A DNA stretch of 64,000 bases from the human T2T-CHM13v2.0 reference genome, Homo sapiens (GCF_009914755.1 NC_060927.1), one strand, 5' to 3'; shown: positions 1-13,164, counted from the stretch's first letter. Notes: generated by a model not told the origin, from the sequence alone. Numbers and translations: made by a program.

Positions 1-255
1 ATGATTCCAATTACATGAGGTATACAGAGTACTCAAATTAAAAAAAGAACACAGAATGGTGGTTGCCAGTGGCTGGAGGAAGGGAGAAATGGGGGGTTGT
101 CGTTTCATAAAAATACAGTTCCAGTTTTTCCAAATGAAAAAGTTCTAGAGATTGGGTGCACAACAATGTGAATGTATTTACTACTGAATTGTATATTTCA
201 AAATGGTTAACATGATACATTTTATGTTACGTATCTTTTAATACAATTATAAATT
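1..255 (+). mobile_element. Old L1 (L1MB-like) 3' UTR end
   Basis: Motifs agaatggtggttgccag, gaaaaagttctagagat and aaaatggttaa resemble L1MB 3' ends. Confidence 0.8.
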
Positions 256-1027
256 GATTTTAACGAAATTAAGTTAACACAATTAAAACAAATCTTAGAA
301 ATGCAAAAATAAAATAAAATAAAAATAAACCTAGAGTTAAATTTTATTTTTATTTAAAAAGTAATTCAACTTTAACTTGTTTAATTTGTTTTGGGTATAA
401 TTTATTCCATTTACTAAATAAACAGAAATAATAAATTTATTTCTGTTTATTTAGAAACATATAAATGTTTGTATGGTTTATTAATAAATATGAACCAATG
501 TGAGTATGGTTTATTAATTTGCAGACTATAAGAAAATTTTACTTCAGAAATTACGGAAAGTAAAATAATAAGAAAATATAGTTTCAGGTCAGGATTCCAA
601 AGGCCTCAGTATATATTAACATTAAATATTCAAGAATCCCGTAAATGCTAAAAAGTGCTTCTAGTAATTACATGTACACATTTTTTCCCCAAAGAGATCT
701 GTGTATTTTTCTTAGTTTTTACTACAATAATTAATCCAGTTGGGGAGAGAGTGAAGGGTTGAGGAGTTTGTAGCGATAGTAATACTGCTAAGAGGTCAAG
801 CAGCCTTTAAATTACTCCAGATGATGCATCTAAGTCAAACAAAAAACTATGTAGGCAAAATTAAAAATAGATGAACAATTTCTTCTAGAGATTGTTTGAA
901 ACAATAACCATTAAAGTTTTAAACTATAAAGAAGCAGAATAACTTTAAATTTTACGAGCAAAAGAAAAACAAGCAAAACCTTTTGGTCCAAAGATATTTT
1001 GCCTTTACAAAACATCAAAACTTTCTG

Positions 1028-1210
1028 TAGTGTGTTGCCAGATGATTTTGCCCAAGTCTAGGCTACTTGTTCTGATGGTGTTTAATGTAAACTAGGCTAA
1101 ACTACGATGTTCAGTAGGTTAGGTGTATTAATTGGACTTTTGACTTTGATATTTTCAACTTACGATGGATTTACTGTGACATAACCTCTTCTTAACTTGT
1201 GGAGTACCTT
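1028..1210 (-). mobile_element. MER47-like Tigger DNA transposon fragment
   Basis: gatgttcagtaggttaggtgtattaa...ttttcaacttacgatgg is the reverse complement of the MER47 5' portion. Confidence 0.75.
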
Positions 1211-2321
1211 AAATGGAAAAAAAAATTAGGAATGAAATTTGCAGACATCTTTAACATTCAGGTGCTTTTATAGCTGGAATTTCCATCAAATACTTTGTTT
1301 CTCTGGTCCCTTGATATGTTAAGATGTATTTAGGATTTCATAGGAATTAATTATCTAAACCTAATTTTGGCTAATACCTTTGCTCACAAGTACTGTACTT
1401 CTTTGACTAATGGGTAAACTGCCAACACTTTCAAATTTGTTTCCCCAAGTCTTAACTTGGGTTTTCATGATTCCTTAATTAGTCATTTTACTCCAAAGAT
1501 GAGAAGAAAAATTTGACTTTGGGAATGGGGTGGTGTTTTCAAAAGCATTTTAGGAAGTTGCCCATTGTTAGAAGCAGATACAAATGTGAAAATGCAGTAA
1601 ATGACATGATCTAGAAATCAGAGTACTTGAGATCATTGATAGAGTGAGTCATCCCTGCTTTTAAATGAGGTAGATCTGAAACCTCCAAGTATCCATGATA
1701 TTATTTTTTAGAGCAAGAGCTGCTGTGATAAAGGTAGTTCATCCCTTCTAAGAAAGATACAAAACCAAATGAAACTGGCACTAACAATACATTTGTTCTT
1801 ACTCCAAAAGCTCTCTATTTGTATACCTGCAATCACATACTAATATAATTCTATACACACATCCTTTTCAAGCATAGAATTGGGTCAAATATTGTATTAA
1901 GAAACTGCACAGGAGATAGTTTCTTTAGTTTTTGTTTTGTTGTTTGAAAATAGTTTTTTACTACTATTAATTGTATGTTCCCTGAAATGAGTCCATCATA
2001 TTGAAGAGCTGCTTATGACTTCAATAAGAGAGAGTTTACTGGAGCTATAGGAATGGAAAGTATTGAGCAATGTATGGTGTAGACAAGTAAAAAGAGTAAA
2101 TGTAGAATATTCCTTTTAGAAGCTTATGCTGATGGAAGAAAGGAGGATAGGGCAATAATGGTTAGATGACAATATGGGGTGGCTTTTACAGTAAAAAGTT
2201 TATGATTTATAATTTTGGTAAAAAATTATCAGAAAATATTGGAGCAGGTATAATTGAGAAAGAATATTTTACAGAATATGAGACTATGTAATTTAAGAAG
2301 AGGTTTGCAATATAGGGTTAG

Positions 2322-3030
2322 ACTGTGTAGTTTAACAAAAAATAAATATTCTGTGTTTGTCTCAATTTTCTGGCACAGAGTTTCTAAAACTCTTGGAATT
2401 TACTGTCTTTTTTTATTTTAATGGGATTCAGGAAGATTCCCTGGATAGCTTCAGGATGGGTTCTGGTCATCAAAAAGACTAAGACAAAAGGGTTTGGACT
2501 TTTAGCACAATACCCTAAGCTCCAGGGAGGGGAGAGGGACTGGAGGTTGAGTTAAATCACCAATGGCCAACGATTAATCAATTATGTTTATATAATGAAA
2601 TCTTTATTTAAACAGGAAAACTGTAAATGACAGGAGCCTGGGAGCTTTGGGGTTGGTGAAAACATGCAAGTACTGGAAGGGCGATGTGTGCTGAACAGAA
2701 GCAGCACCTACAATCTCTCCCCCTGCCCCTATACCTCACCCTATGCATCTCATCCATTTGGCTATTCCTGAGTTGAAACGTTTATAATAAAAGAATAAAC
2801 ATAGATAATGTGTTTTTATGAATTCTGTGAGCTATTCTAGATAATTAATGAACATAAATGGAAATAGTGTGAATCCTCAAATTTGCAATTAGCTGAATTT
2901 GTAGGTAATGTTAGAATCAAATTGAATTGTTGAATGTCAAGTTGGTGCTAGAGAATTCAAGAATTGCTTGGTATGGAAAAGGCAAATATTTGGGGTCAGA
3001 AGTGGTGTTGAGAAACACTGTTTCCGACTG
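2322..3030 (+). mobile_element. MER21-type solo LTR
   Basis: ctggcacagagtttctaaaactcttggaatt, gatagcttcaggatggg and ggagagggactggaggttgagttaaatcaccaatggcc are MER21 motifs. Confidence 0.75.
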
Positions 3031-3118
3031 AAAGAAACTTCTTTCTTTGAAAATCAAGGCAAAGAAGTATAGTTGAGTATATATTTTTAGATATGGCATT
3101 TCATGCTCAGTGTTCCCC

Positions 3119-3157
3119 GTGTATATGTGTGTGTGTGTGCGCGCGTGTGCGTGTGTG
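3119..3157. repeat. Interrupted (TG)n/(CG)n alternating purine-pyrimidine tract
   Basis: gtgtatatgtgtgtgtgtgtgcgcgcgtgtgcgtgtgtg. Confidence 0.85.
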
Positions 3158-3220
3158 AAAGAGAAGGCTAAATTATATGTTAAATATAAGTGCTGCAGGC
3201 TTTATAGATGTAAGTGCTGC

Positions 3221-3342
3221 CAAGGTCAGGAGATCGAGACCATCCTGGCTAACACGGCGAAACCCCGTCTCTACTAAAAATACAAAAAATTAGCCGGGCA
3301 TGGTGGCAGGTGTCTGTAATCCCAGCTACTTGGGAGGCTGAG
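3221..3342 (+). mobile_element. Internal AluY-like fragment, truncated at both ends, no poly-A
   Basis: ggtcaggagatcgagaccatcctggctaacac...gggaggctgag. Confidence 0.9.
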
Positions 3343-3697
3343 AGGATACGGTCAGAGATAGAGGAAAAGACTTTGAGCTACTGGGACAGTCAGAGATATA
3401 GGAAAAAGACTTTGAGCCTATGGGCCATTCCTAATAGCACACACATATTTTGATGTTTCTTCCATTAAAAAACTCATACTGATTTGATATTTTCTTCCAG
3501 TTCTCATTATATTTTCCCCATCTCTGTAAGCAACACTTCCTGAAAGTGTAGTTTTTTCTCCCTGTTTCCTGTTTATCTCTTACAATTCCCTCATGGGCTT
3601 ACTTTAAGTGGGCTCTTATTCCAAAAGTATATCACAAATGTACATTCTAAGTTCTTAAATAATCTACCAAGCCCCAAAGATCTGGCTTTTTTTAAAG

Positions 3698-3852
3698 TTT
3701 TTTTGAGTCAAGGTCTCACCCTGCCACCCAGGCTAGAGAGCAGAGGCCAGATGATAGCTCACTGCAGCCTCAAACTCCTTGACTCAAGCAATCCTCCTGC
3801 CTCAGCCTCCCAAAGTACTGGCATTACAGGTATGAGCCACCTTGCCTGGCCT
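3698..3852 (-). mobile_element. Alu monomer (FRAM-like)
   Basis: About 155-bp single-arm Alu from T-run to gagccaccttgcctggcc. Confidence 0.8.
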
Positions 3853-3912
3853 GTTACTTCTTTGATGTTGTGCCCTTGTTCGGATTTATTTATCCTCAGC
3901 CACATTGCCCTT

Positions 3913-4222
3913 GTTTTTTTTTTTTTTTTTTTTTTTTTTTGAGACGGAGTCTCACTTTGTCACCCAGGCTGGAGTGCAGTGGTAAGATCTCGGCTCACTG
4001 CAAGCTCCGCCTCCCAGGTTCACTCCATTCACCTGCTCTCAGCCTCCTGAGTAGCTGGGATTACAGGCGCCTGCCACCTCACCTGGCTAATTTTTTGTAA
4101 TTTTAGTAGAGACGGGGTTTCACCATGTTAGCCAGGCTGGTCTCGATCTCCTGACCTCGTGATCCGCCCGCCTTGGCCTCCCAAAGTGCTGGGATTACAG
4201 GCGTGAGCTACCGCGCCCGGCC
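3913..4222 (-). mobile_element. AluY, full length
   Basis: Dimeric Alu with poly-T, Y-type diagnostics, and TSD ccacattgccctt at 3900-3912 and 4223-4235. Confidence 0.95.
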
Positions 4223-4249
4223 CCACATTGCCCTTCTTAATGTTTCTCC

Positions 4250-4366
4250 CTGATGTAATTATTACACGTGGTATGACTTTCTCAGAACATCACATCTACC
4301 CCATGAATATATACACTTATTATGCACCCATAACAATTGAAAATAATAATTAAGTTAAAAAAAAAA
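4250..4366 (+). mobile_element. L1MA/L1PB 3' terminal fragment with A tail
   Basis: catcacatctaccccatgaatatatacacttattatgcaccc followed by A-rich tail. Confidence 0.7.
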
Positions 4367-4384
4367 CAATCGAGCACGTTCTTG

Positions 4385-4695
4385 AATTAGGACTTCTATA
4401 CTTGCTCCTCCCTCTTCCTGGAAAGTTATTCTCTCAGGTGTTCACATAATGTGATTTCCATTTTTTTCAGGCCTTTACTCATTTTCTCAGTGAGATCTTA
4501 CCTGGTCACTCTATTTTAAATTGCCAGCATTATTTTCTCTTTAATCAGTTGATACAACATATATTTTACTTAATACTCCTTGTTTATTATTTTTTCAGCC
4601 AAAAACAGAAAGTAAATTCCATATTTTCTATCTGTAGAACAGTGCCTGGCACATAATTATCACTCAATACATTGTTGCTGACAAATACATAACGA
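4385..4695 (+). mobile_element. L2 3' end
   Basis: tagaacagtgcctggcacata...ctcaata terminal motif. Confidence 0.65.
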
Positions 4696-5518
4696 ATACA
4701 ACCTCTTTCTTTTGCATGATCAGCATCTTCCTCTTTTCTAGATCATTATACAAACATTATTTTAATATTACTCATCTTTTTAAAAATCTATTATAAGCCT
4801 TTAACTTCCCATGGTTACCATTGATTTTCCCTGATCCTATAATAGCAAAACTTAATCTAAAATGTATATCTTTATAATTACTATTTCCTCTTCCTAACGT
4901 CTCTTCCGTGCCATATGTGACTCAAATCACCCTTCCAATTACACCTGTCCACTTGTCTGTTGTGACTTTTTTGTTGCCAAAGAATATTCACATCTTCATT
5001 CTCTTTGTATTCAAACCACAGAAGTATTCAATATAATTGAACGTTCCCTACTTCTTGACACACACTCTCCTGGCTTTTAAGATGACATATTTATACTTGC
5101 TGCCTCAGGTTTTGCTGGTTTGTACCAGTCTGTCTTCTGTATGCCTGATAGGCATAACCTAGTTTATAACCCTGTTTTTCACCTCCAAGGAGGTGTAGGA
5201 AAATGCATTTTCAGATTCCTTTTAATCAGAGGAGACTCATAGTTGGCACATTACAAAATTATAGAAATATGTTCAAATGTGTTAGAGGCCAAAATACACG
5301 TTCACCATATCTTCACAGATCTAATTTATTAGTAAAGATTATCTGCTTTACCTTCAAAATATATTTTATATCCCTCTGTCTCTTTATCTTTACTGCTTAG
5401 TTCAAGCTACCTTCGTCTTTTATGTGGAATATCGAAATAGCTTTGTGATCTTTTGTGGCCATATTCTATACATTTCCACACAGTCCTAGAATGGTCTTTT
5501 AAAAAGTACATCGGTATC

Positions 5519-5818
5519 AGCCAGAGTGGTGGCTTGTGCCTGTAATCCTAGCTACTGGGGAGGCTGAGGTGGGTGGATCACTTGAGGCAAGACCAGCACG
5601 GGCAACATAACAAGACCCCACTGCTAACAAAAATTAAAAATAGCTGGGCATGGTGAGGCATGACTATATTCTTAGCCACTTGGGAGGCTGAGGCAGGAGG
5701 ATCACTGAAGCCTAGAAGTTGAGGCTGCAGTGAGCTATGATTGTGCCACTGCAGTCCAGCTTGAGTGACAGGGTGAGACGGTCTCTAAAATATATATAGA
5801 TATAGATAGATATAAATA
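5519..5818 (+). mobile_element. AluJ inside degraded L2 sequence (about 5330-6300)
   Basis: Diverged dimeric Alu with J-type gaggctgcagtgagctatgattg; tail decayed to (TAGA/TA)n. Confidence 0.9.
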
Positions 5819-6389
5819 GGTATTCAACCACTCAGAATACACAGTAGCTTTCCATTGCACTTCTACTAAGTCTAAATCCTTACCATGATATACAAGGTTC
5901 TAGAAGATCTGGTTCTCTTAACTTTATATCAGTCTCGAGAAACTCCTATAATTTGCCTATCAAGGATTTTCATGCCTTAAATCTTTGCTTTATTCTTCCC
6001 GTTGCTGCAATATTCTACTCCTGACAATACCCCTATGAAAACATAGGCTAATTCCTTGTTATTCAGTTCTCATTTTAAAAGTACTTTCTCATATAAACCT
6101 TGCCTAATCAAAATAATTAGCCTCTCTTTCATCAGCCCATCATGCTATCCTATCACTCTGTTTTATTTTTTTCTTCATGAGACTTATATTGTTGTATTTT
6201 TATATTTTTCTGTTCTCCTCACTCTAGAATGAAAGCCAAGCATATTCCATCATTTCCTAAAACCAAGATAGAGCACATATGGGAACTTGTGAAATAAGGT
6301 AAATTTTTAGTTTTAATTCTAAGATAACATTTAATTGAGGAATGAAGTGAAAATTCTCCTTTCCTTTTTTTTTTTTTTTTGGAACATGG

Positions 6390-6910
6390 GTATGGTCAGC
6401 AGCCTCCAACATGACTCCTAAAGATCTCTACCTCTTAGCATTTATACTGTCATGTAATTCTTTCCCCTTAAGGGTGGTTGATTTAATGACTTGTTTCTAA
6501 TAAACAAAATATTACAAAAGTGATGGGCTGTCATTTCTAATTAGGTTATGAAAGACTGTGGTCTGGTTTGGGTGCCTTCTCTTACATTCTCATTCACTTG
6601 TTGTGAGGGAATCAAGCTACAGTGTTTTAAGGTGCACACATGTCAAAGAACTGATGTTTTCAGCCGGGATCCAGCAAGGACCTGAGGTCATCCAAAAGGC
6701 ATGTGAATGAGTTTGGAAGAAATCTTTCCCCAGTTGTGCTCTGAGATAATTGCGACACTGGCGTACAATTTCCTGAGAGATGTTGAGCCAGAACCACCAC
6801 GCTGAGCAAAACAAGATTCCTGACCTGAGAGAACTGTGAGATGATAAATGTTTTGTTTTGAACCAAGGTATTTTAGAAAATTTATTACACAGCAATAGAT
6901 AACAAATACA
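6390..6910 (+). mobile_element. MLT1 (E/F-like) MaLR solo LTR
   Basis: aactgtgagatgataaatg and terminal ttacacagcaatagataacaaataca. Confidence 0.8.
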
Positions 6911-7121
6911 TACAGTGGAAACATCTTCAGTATTGTAGACTTGAGTATGGTGGTTAGCAGGATATTTTCTGTCATCAGAAGTCAGCATAAGTAAAGGAAA
7001 TTAACAATAGTTCAGAGAAGGCCATAAGATAGAAACTTGGTAAGGAAACACTGTACCTGTTCTACCTACTTCTAAGTTTTTCTTTATTTCCACCACTCTT
7101 TGATGCCATGGCAATAAATAA

Positions 7122-7198
7122 TATATATACATACATATATATATATACACACACACACATATATATATATATACACACACACATACATATATATATAT
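7122..7198. repeat. Compound (TA)n(CA)n microsatellite
   Basis: Seen directly. Confidence 0.95.
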
Positions 7199-10100
7199 CT
7201 TTCAGGTTCTCTTTCTGCAGCCACTTACTAAGCTATAATGATAATAAAGGGACAAAAAGACTGGGAATTGAACTTCAGTCATAATGAAATGACTCCATAA
7301 TTCAAAGACAAATAAACCCATAATTTCCTTTTTGGATTTAAAGAAGAAACATTTATCAAATAAACTGATAAACAATAATATACTTTTACGTAGCCTAAGA
7401 TAAAAGCCATTTGTCTATATTAGGGTTCTGATAACAATACACAATTCTCACTCACAAAAAGATTTTGTCATGGGATCAGGAGTAACTGCAGGTGTTTATT
7501 TCCAGTCAGAATAACTGAAAAATTTCAACTGGACTTCCAATGTTTATATAAACCTGGTTGTTTCTACAGAAAAGTAAATAGTTTAATTACCATTTGCCAC
7601 GATTCCTGTTTGGAAAGTTAGCTTTCTGAAAATATTGATAAGTGTATATTTCAGGGACATCAAATTATGAAACAGACAATTACATGACTTGTCAGTTCAT
7701 TATGCTAGAAAGATTTAAAAGGTAAATTAGATTTTATAAGTCATACCAAATGTTCACACTGAAGGATTCAACACATCTTTAGAATACTTCAAGTATATTA
7801 GGAGAAAAAATGCAACTTTATTCTTGAGCTGATTCAGCAGAGTAGAAATAATTTTGACATTTGTAGTTTCTAGATGAGGCTTGATGTAAGAATAAAAATT
7901 CTTTCAGGAACTGTGTGTCTGTGATTTAAAAGTTTATGTTGAACAGTTTGAAAGTATGAAGACTACTTTTACAACCAAGAAAAGAAAATGAACTGAATTG
8001 AACTGAATGATTGAATCAACAAAATAGTAAACCTCTGCTCATATTATTAATATAGTCTTTCCTCTCATATTACTGGTAAGCCCATAAATAGCATCATATT
8101 ATGCAATCCGAGAAACTTCCATGTCTAGGGTCAATACCAATTAAGATTGGGTGGCTCGTAGGGTGGAGGTGGTAGTCGTAGAGCTGACAGAATTTTGGTG
8201 TTAGCATTTGCTCATAGGCTGTTTTTTGACAACTTTTTAAAAAGCAGTTATTATGTGTCAAATATAATTTCCAGTTTAAATTAAAAATAAAGGCCTAGGA
8301 TGTAATGGTAACCATGCAAGTATCTTGATTTTACATTTTTTATTTATTTTTATTTTAAAAAATAATTGTATAACATTTTATTGTGTGAAATATGTAAGTT
8401 GGGTTGGTTCACGTATTTTGTCATATATTGATTGACATTTAACTATATGTAGATTTATTAAATTGAGGATTATATTATAATTTACATTCTATAAGTAATA
8501 TTTCAACTCAGTTGCTCTTTGTGATTAGTGAACAGAAAGTTTATATTTAATATTATAAATTGAAAACAATCTTTTATTGGCATAAAAATCTTAGGGTAAG
8601 CAAGGTAGGTAAAAATGTAAATATCAAGTTTGTCAATGTGAATTAGTTACTGTAAGTTATATAATGTTTAAAATATATTTTAAGACTAAAAAAATTGCAT
8701 AAAAAGAAATAATCAATTTTTATATACTTCTTTCATGTACTTAAAAACATTTAGACTTTTGTTCAATGACAATGATTACAACTTTAAATATTTTCAGTAT
8801 TAGGGTCTATGTAGAAGTTAACAATGTCATCATCTGTCATAAAATGAAGGAAATTCATCATGTTGTTATAGGACTAAAAATGTAACTTTCTGTACCATAT
8901 TTTATTTTTTGCAATTCATACTTTGTTTATAATTGTGTTTGTGTTTTAATTTTTTTGGCATTTCTCATAATTAGTTTGTTTCTGGGGTAGATTGTTTTCT
9001 GTAGATCTGAGTTAAATTCATCATTTAGGAAGAGAATGTTACCTAGAAAGATTAAAGCAGCACTTTAAGCCATTGAGAGATACTGTAATAGTACTAAGAC
9101 AAAATATTTTAAAAGACAAAAGTTTCTATAAAGTAAAATTGTACCTACAGTCAAGATAGAGTGAGAATTGTGCTTCCAGGAATTACTGCATAAACATTAG
9201 TTGAAAAGGATTTTCCTGTGGTTTAGCATTATTATATTACATGAAATATGAAGCTTTTACATTTTCTTTTGAGTCATCTGTCATTGGCCATGTTATGCCA
9301 AGAATTTGGGGATATTATCCTCTAAGGGTGTTAGTTGTTCCTTGGACCCACTTTTCTACCTTGTGGGACTCATTGAGTATCAAATCATTCTTGCAGATTT
9401 TTCTAATATAAAAAAATAAAATATCACTGCTTTTAAAGGCTTCAGGTTATTTCATTATCTTCCTTGAGTATCTGAAACATTCTAACCCATTTGAATGAGG
9501 ATAATTTTGAACACGAGTCAGTCTTCTTTAAAAATCCACTTGTAATAATTTCTTATGATTCTCCACCGATTGAATCCAACATGTTTAATGAAAAACATTT
9601 AGTTCTAGAATTTTATGGGGTTGAACTGAACCACTCAGTATTGGATATATTTAGTAGAAAAAAGGACTTAAGAATATAATCCAGGAAAAATATGTCATTC
9701 AAAGACAGGACATGAAATTTATATGGTTATTAGAATTTGCTACCTACAGACAGTTTTCCCTCACAGAGTAGTAAAGACCTCCAGCAGGATTCTGACATGC
9801 TATTTTTATTTCCAACTGAAATGTCATAAATAATATTATTCACCTAAGAATTCTTGTATTCATATCTATTATTAAATTTAAAAACTGTATTTTTTTTAAC
9901 CCCAGAGACAATAAAAGGATAGATACAGAGTTTTGGTTTTTAGAAGTCCATTATATAAATCTCATCCTTAATTTCATTTCCACAAATGCACATATTCAGT
10001 CCAGAATTCTGATAGGTTGATGAGTTTACAAGAAGGCCCCTCTATTAGAGATAACTTTAGTCATGTTTTTGATAGAATGTCACTAGGAAATTACTATAGT

Positions 10101-10252
10101 TACAGGTTTCACTGGCTGTAGGGATGCCTGTATATGTTATTTCTTTTTGTGTATGTGGTCCAAAAATTTTGCTTATATTGTTGACATTTTTCAGTTCTGC
10201 CATACCAATCCTTGATGCAACATTTCATAATTGGTTTTCATCTCTTTTTTAG

Positions 10253-10312
10253 GATGCCCTGCGGTTGTTTTCAGGACTGAAGACAACAGCTCCACGATGT
10301 ATCTTTGCATAA
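10253..10312 (+). CDS. Candidate terminal coding exon (DALRLFSGLKTTAPRCIFA*) of an unidentified gene lying upstream
   Basis: Strong acceptor ttttcatctcttttttag, a GC-richer 60 nt with two CpGs, a phase-0 frame ending in TAA, then AT-rich UTR-like sequence. No homology search was possible. Confidence 0.4.
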   Translation, partial: DALRLFSGLKTTAPRCIFA

Positions 10313-10949
10313 GAATACACTTGTATAATAAGTTTTTTTTTTTAGAGAAATTGCATGTATCTGCCTTATAAACTTTTTCATTCATTCATTTTCTTTCTTC
10401 CTAATCTGTTCCATAAAGCAAATTTCTAACTTATTGTTAATCAAAATAATTATTGAAATAATTAGTACTTTCATATGATAAAGATTATTTTAATCTGCAG
10501 CTACAAAATATGTAACTCATTAATATTTAAACAATCACAATTTTCTATTAACATTATAGCATTTTATCTACTACTAGATCAGGAATTAGCTATTTTTTGT
10601 AAAATTTCTTTGTAAGGCAAAGCAATAGTATTGTATATACTTTCCTAAAGATTGTCAAGTTCAGTTTTGCTTAAATTTAACAGTACATGTGACACTTTCT
10701 GTTTGAAGAATAAGTTGGTTTTAAGTTTATACCAAACAAAAGCATCTCTTTTGTTTTGCAAAATCTGAAACTTTGATCTTTCTAGTTGTGACTTCTTGTA
10801 AATATGTTTTATATAAATATTCTATGAATTGGTTATTAACAAGGTAAAGAAAGATTGATATGTAAGCTGATTCTTAAACATTAATTTTCTGGAGATAAAC
10901 TTTTTTAAAATTATGCTTTAAAAATATTTTAACACATGTTATCAAAAAG

Positions 10950-11270
10950 GAACTGAAATATCTTAGGCATAAAAGACATCTCTAGAGGTCATTATTCAGT
11001 TTCCAGAAAGTACTGAAACTATCTCTGACAGATTGATACGTTTTCTGCATTTATAGCTCTCTGGAGAGAGGTTCTGTATATTTAACAATTCTCACTGTGA
11101 GGGATATTTTAAGTATTTCAAATTTAAAGTGCTCATGTTTCAGATTCAGATTATTATTATCATCATCATTATTTTGGTTCTGGCTTCAGTAAAAATGTGA
11201 AAAACACTTTTCCATCTTCTGATAATATTTCATATTTATAAAATTATTATTAAGTTATAACTCAGCTTTT
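10950..11270. mobile_element. Probable L3/CR1 remnant
   Basis: tctagaggtcatt...tctctgacagattg...attctcactgtgagg resembles CR1 3' region; highly diverged. Confidence 0.45.
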
Positions 11271-11844
11271 TCATTTATGCTTTAAATCCTTTTATTATCT
11301 CATCACAACCATCTTTGACTGTTTATCAGAAATGGTTCTCTTTTGTACATTGACCATTATTTTATAGATCACATTTAAGTTAATATAAATCATGCCTATA
11401 AATTTCAGCCTGCTTATTTTTTATAATCTAGTCAGATATCAGCTAGACATATTGTTACCAAGTTTGGAGAGCCTTGGGATAAGCTAGTTTCAAAACTGGC
11501 TGTTAGCATCCCTCAGTTGTGTTTTGGGAGCAAAGGACACCCTTAAAAAAGGGAGGCAGTTATATTTTGTGAGCATTATAAAATAAACTTAAATTCTCAT
11601 AAAATTAGTGAATATGTTTGGAACAGTGTGAATTACGTGTGTGCTACATGAAGTATATAGAATTCATTTGAAGTAGGAAGTCTGGCCTTACCTCAAAAGA
11701 CAGTCATTCAATTAAGCAGTTAAACATAAGCCACCATAAGAAGTTTTTTTGATACTTAGAGAGAGAAAGGCAACGTGTATTAAAATTCCGGGACCATTAT
11801 CTCAGGAGTGCTGTGTTATTATTGACTGGGGGCCTGCTGGGAAG

Positions 11845-11960
11845 CTAGAAATATATCTAAAATGTGGCAGGTGGTTAATTAGAGCATATGAATAAATATA
11901 TATAAATTTGTTAAAGCGTTCACTTATGGTAAACTATACCTCAATTAAAAAGAAAAAATA
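11845..11960 (+). mobile_element. Old L1M 3' terminal fragment
   Basis: cacttatggtaaactatacctcaattaaaaa terminus. Confidence 0.55.
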
Positions 11961-12849
11961 TGCACAAAGAAAATAAATAATGAATGGAAATATGAGCCTC
12001 TAAAATCAAAGTTAGAAAAGCAGATATTCAAATTTGCAGAGCTGATTGTCAACTGGAATGATTGTGATAGAATCAAGTCTCACTAGCTCATTGGAAATAG
12101 GATTTGTTAAGGTAATGATGGTTAATGATTTTTCAGCATAATAACAGCCAAGTTAATGTATGGGTGCGTGTGTGTATCCATAGGTGTATGTTTTTACATG
12201 CGTATTTTTATTGTAAAATTAACATGTTTATTGAAAACAAGAAAGCACAGAAAATATCAACTTAAGTAAAGATCAACATAATTTAGTTCAAAATTATATT
12301 CAACAGTGCATTATTTCAATGTTTTTTATCTTAATCCATTTGCTTGAAAGCATTGATATATGCTCCAAATTTCCTCCCAGATTCCACTTGGGGAAATATT
12401 TAGTATATTGGATTATGAAATGATTTATCTTTACCTATATTATTAGTAAAGTTCTTAAAATTTTTAGCCTGTTACTGTCTATGTGATTAGTGATATTGTT
12501 CACATGACTAAAATTCAAAGATAAAATATGATTATATTTTATGGGTGAAAGTTAGGAAGCAAAATAGCATATTAATACATTTAACTAAAGTAGTATTCAT
12601 TTGGATAATCAAGGTCAAACACTTCAAAAATAATAATTTTAAAGTTAATGCTTTCAAAAAATAAATTAGCAAAAATTATTTACTTTGTTTCTTAAAAAGA
12701 AGAATTATTGAAAAAAATTCTACCATCAAAAAATAGTTGTTCTATGCCTAGTTTATTTTAGTCACTGAATAAGACTGAGCCCTTGACCTCATATTTTTTC
12801 CTGCCTCACCATTAGCAGTTAGGTTTAGCTATGCAAACCTTTATTTATT

Positions 12850-13103
12850 CAACATATATAAAATACTTAGTATGCAGTAGATGTTATTCTAAGTGCTTGG
12901 TAGATATCAACACATTTAATAATCAAAACAACTCTAAGAGGTAATTAGTACTATTATCTCCATTTTATTACTGAGGAAACCAAAGCACAAAGAGAGAAAG
13001 AAAAGAAAGAGAAAAAAGGAAGAAAGAAAAGAAAGATGAAAGAAAGAAAGAGAAAGAAGAGAGAGGGAGAGAGAGAAAGAAAGAGAAGGAAAGAAAGAAG
13101 GAA

Positions 13104-13164
<61 letters not shown>

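Noticed and set aside
3703-4100. ORFs such as LSPRLECSG (also at 15837, 17187, 23344, 32739)
   Set aside because: Typical antisense-Alu translations, not genes
10298-10312. C-terminal CIFA as a CaaX prenylation motif
   Set aside because: An aromatic residue at the a2 position is disfavoured, and the exon itself is unconfirmed
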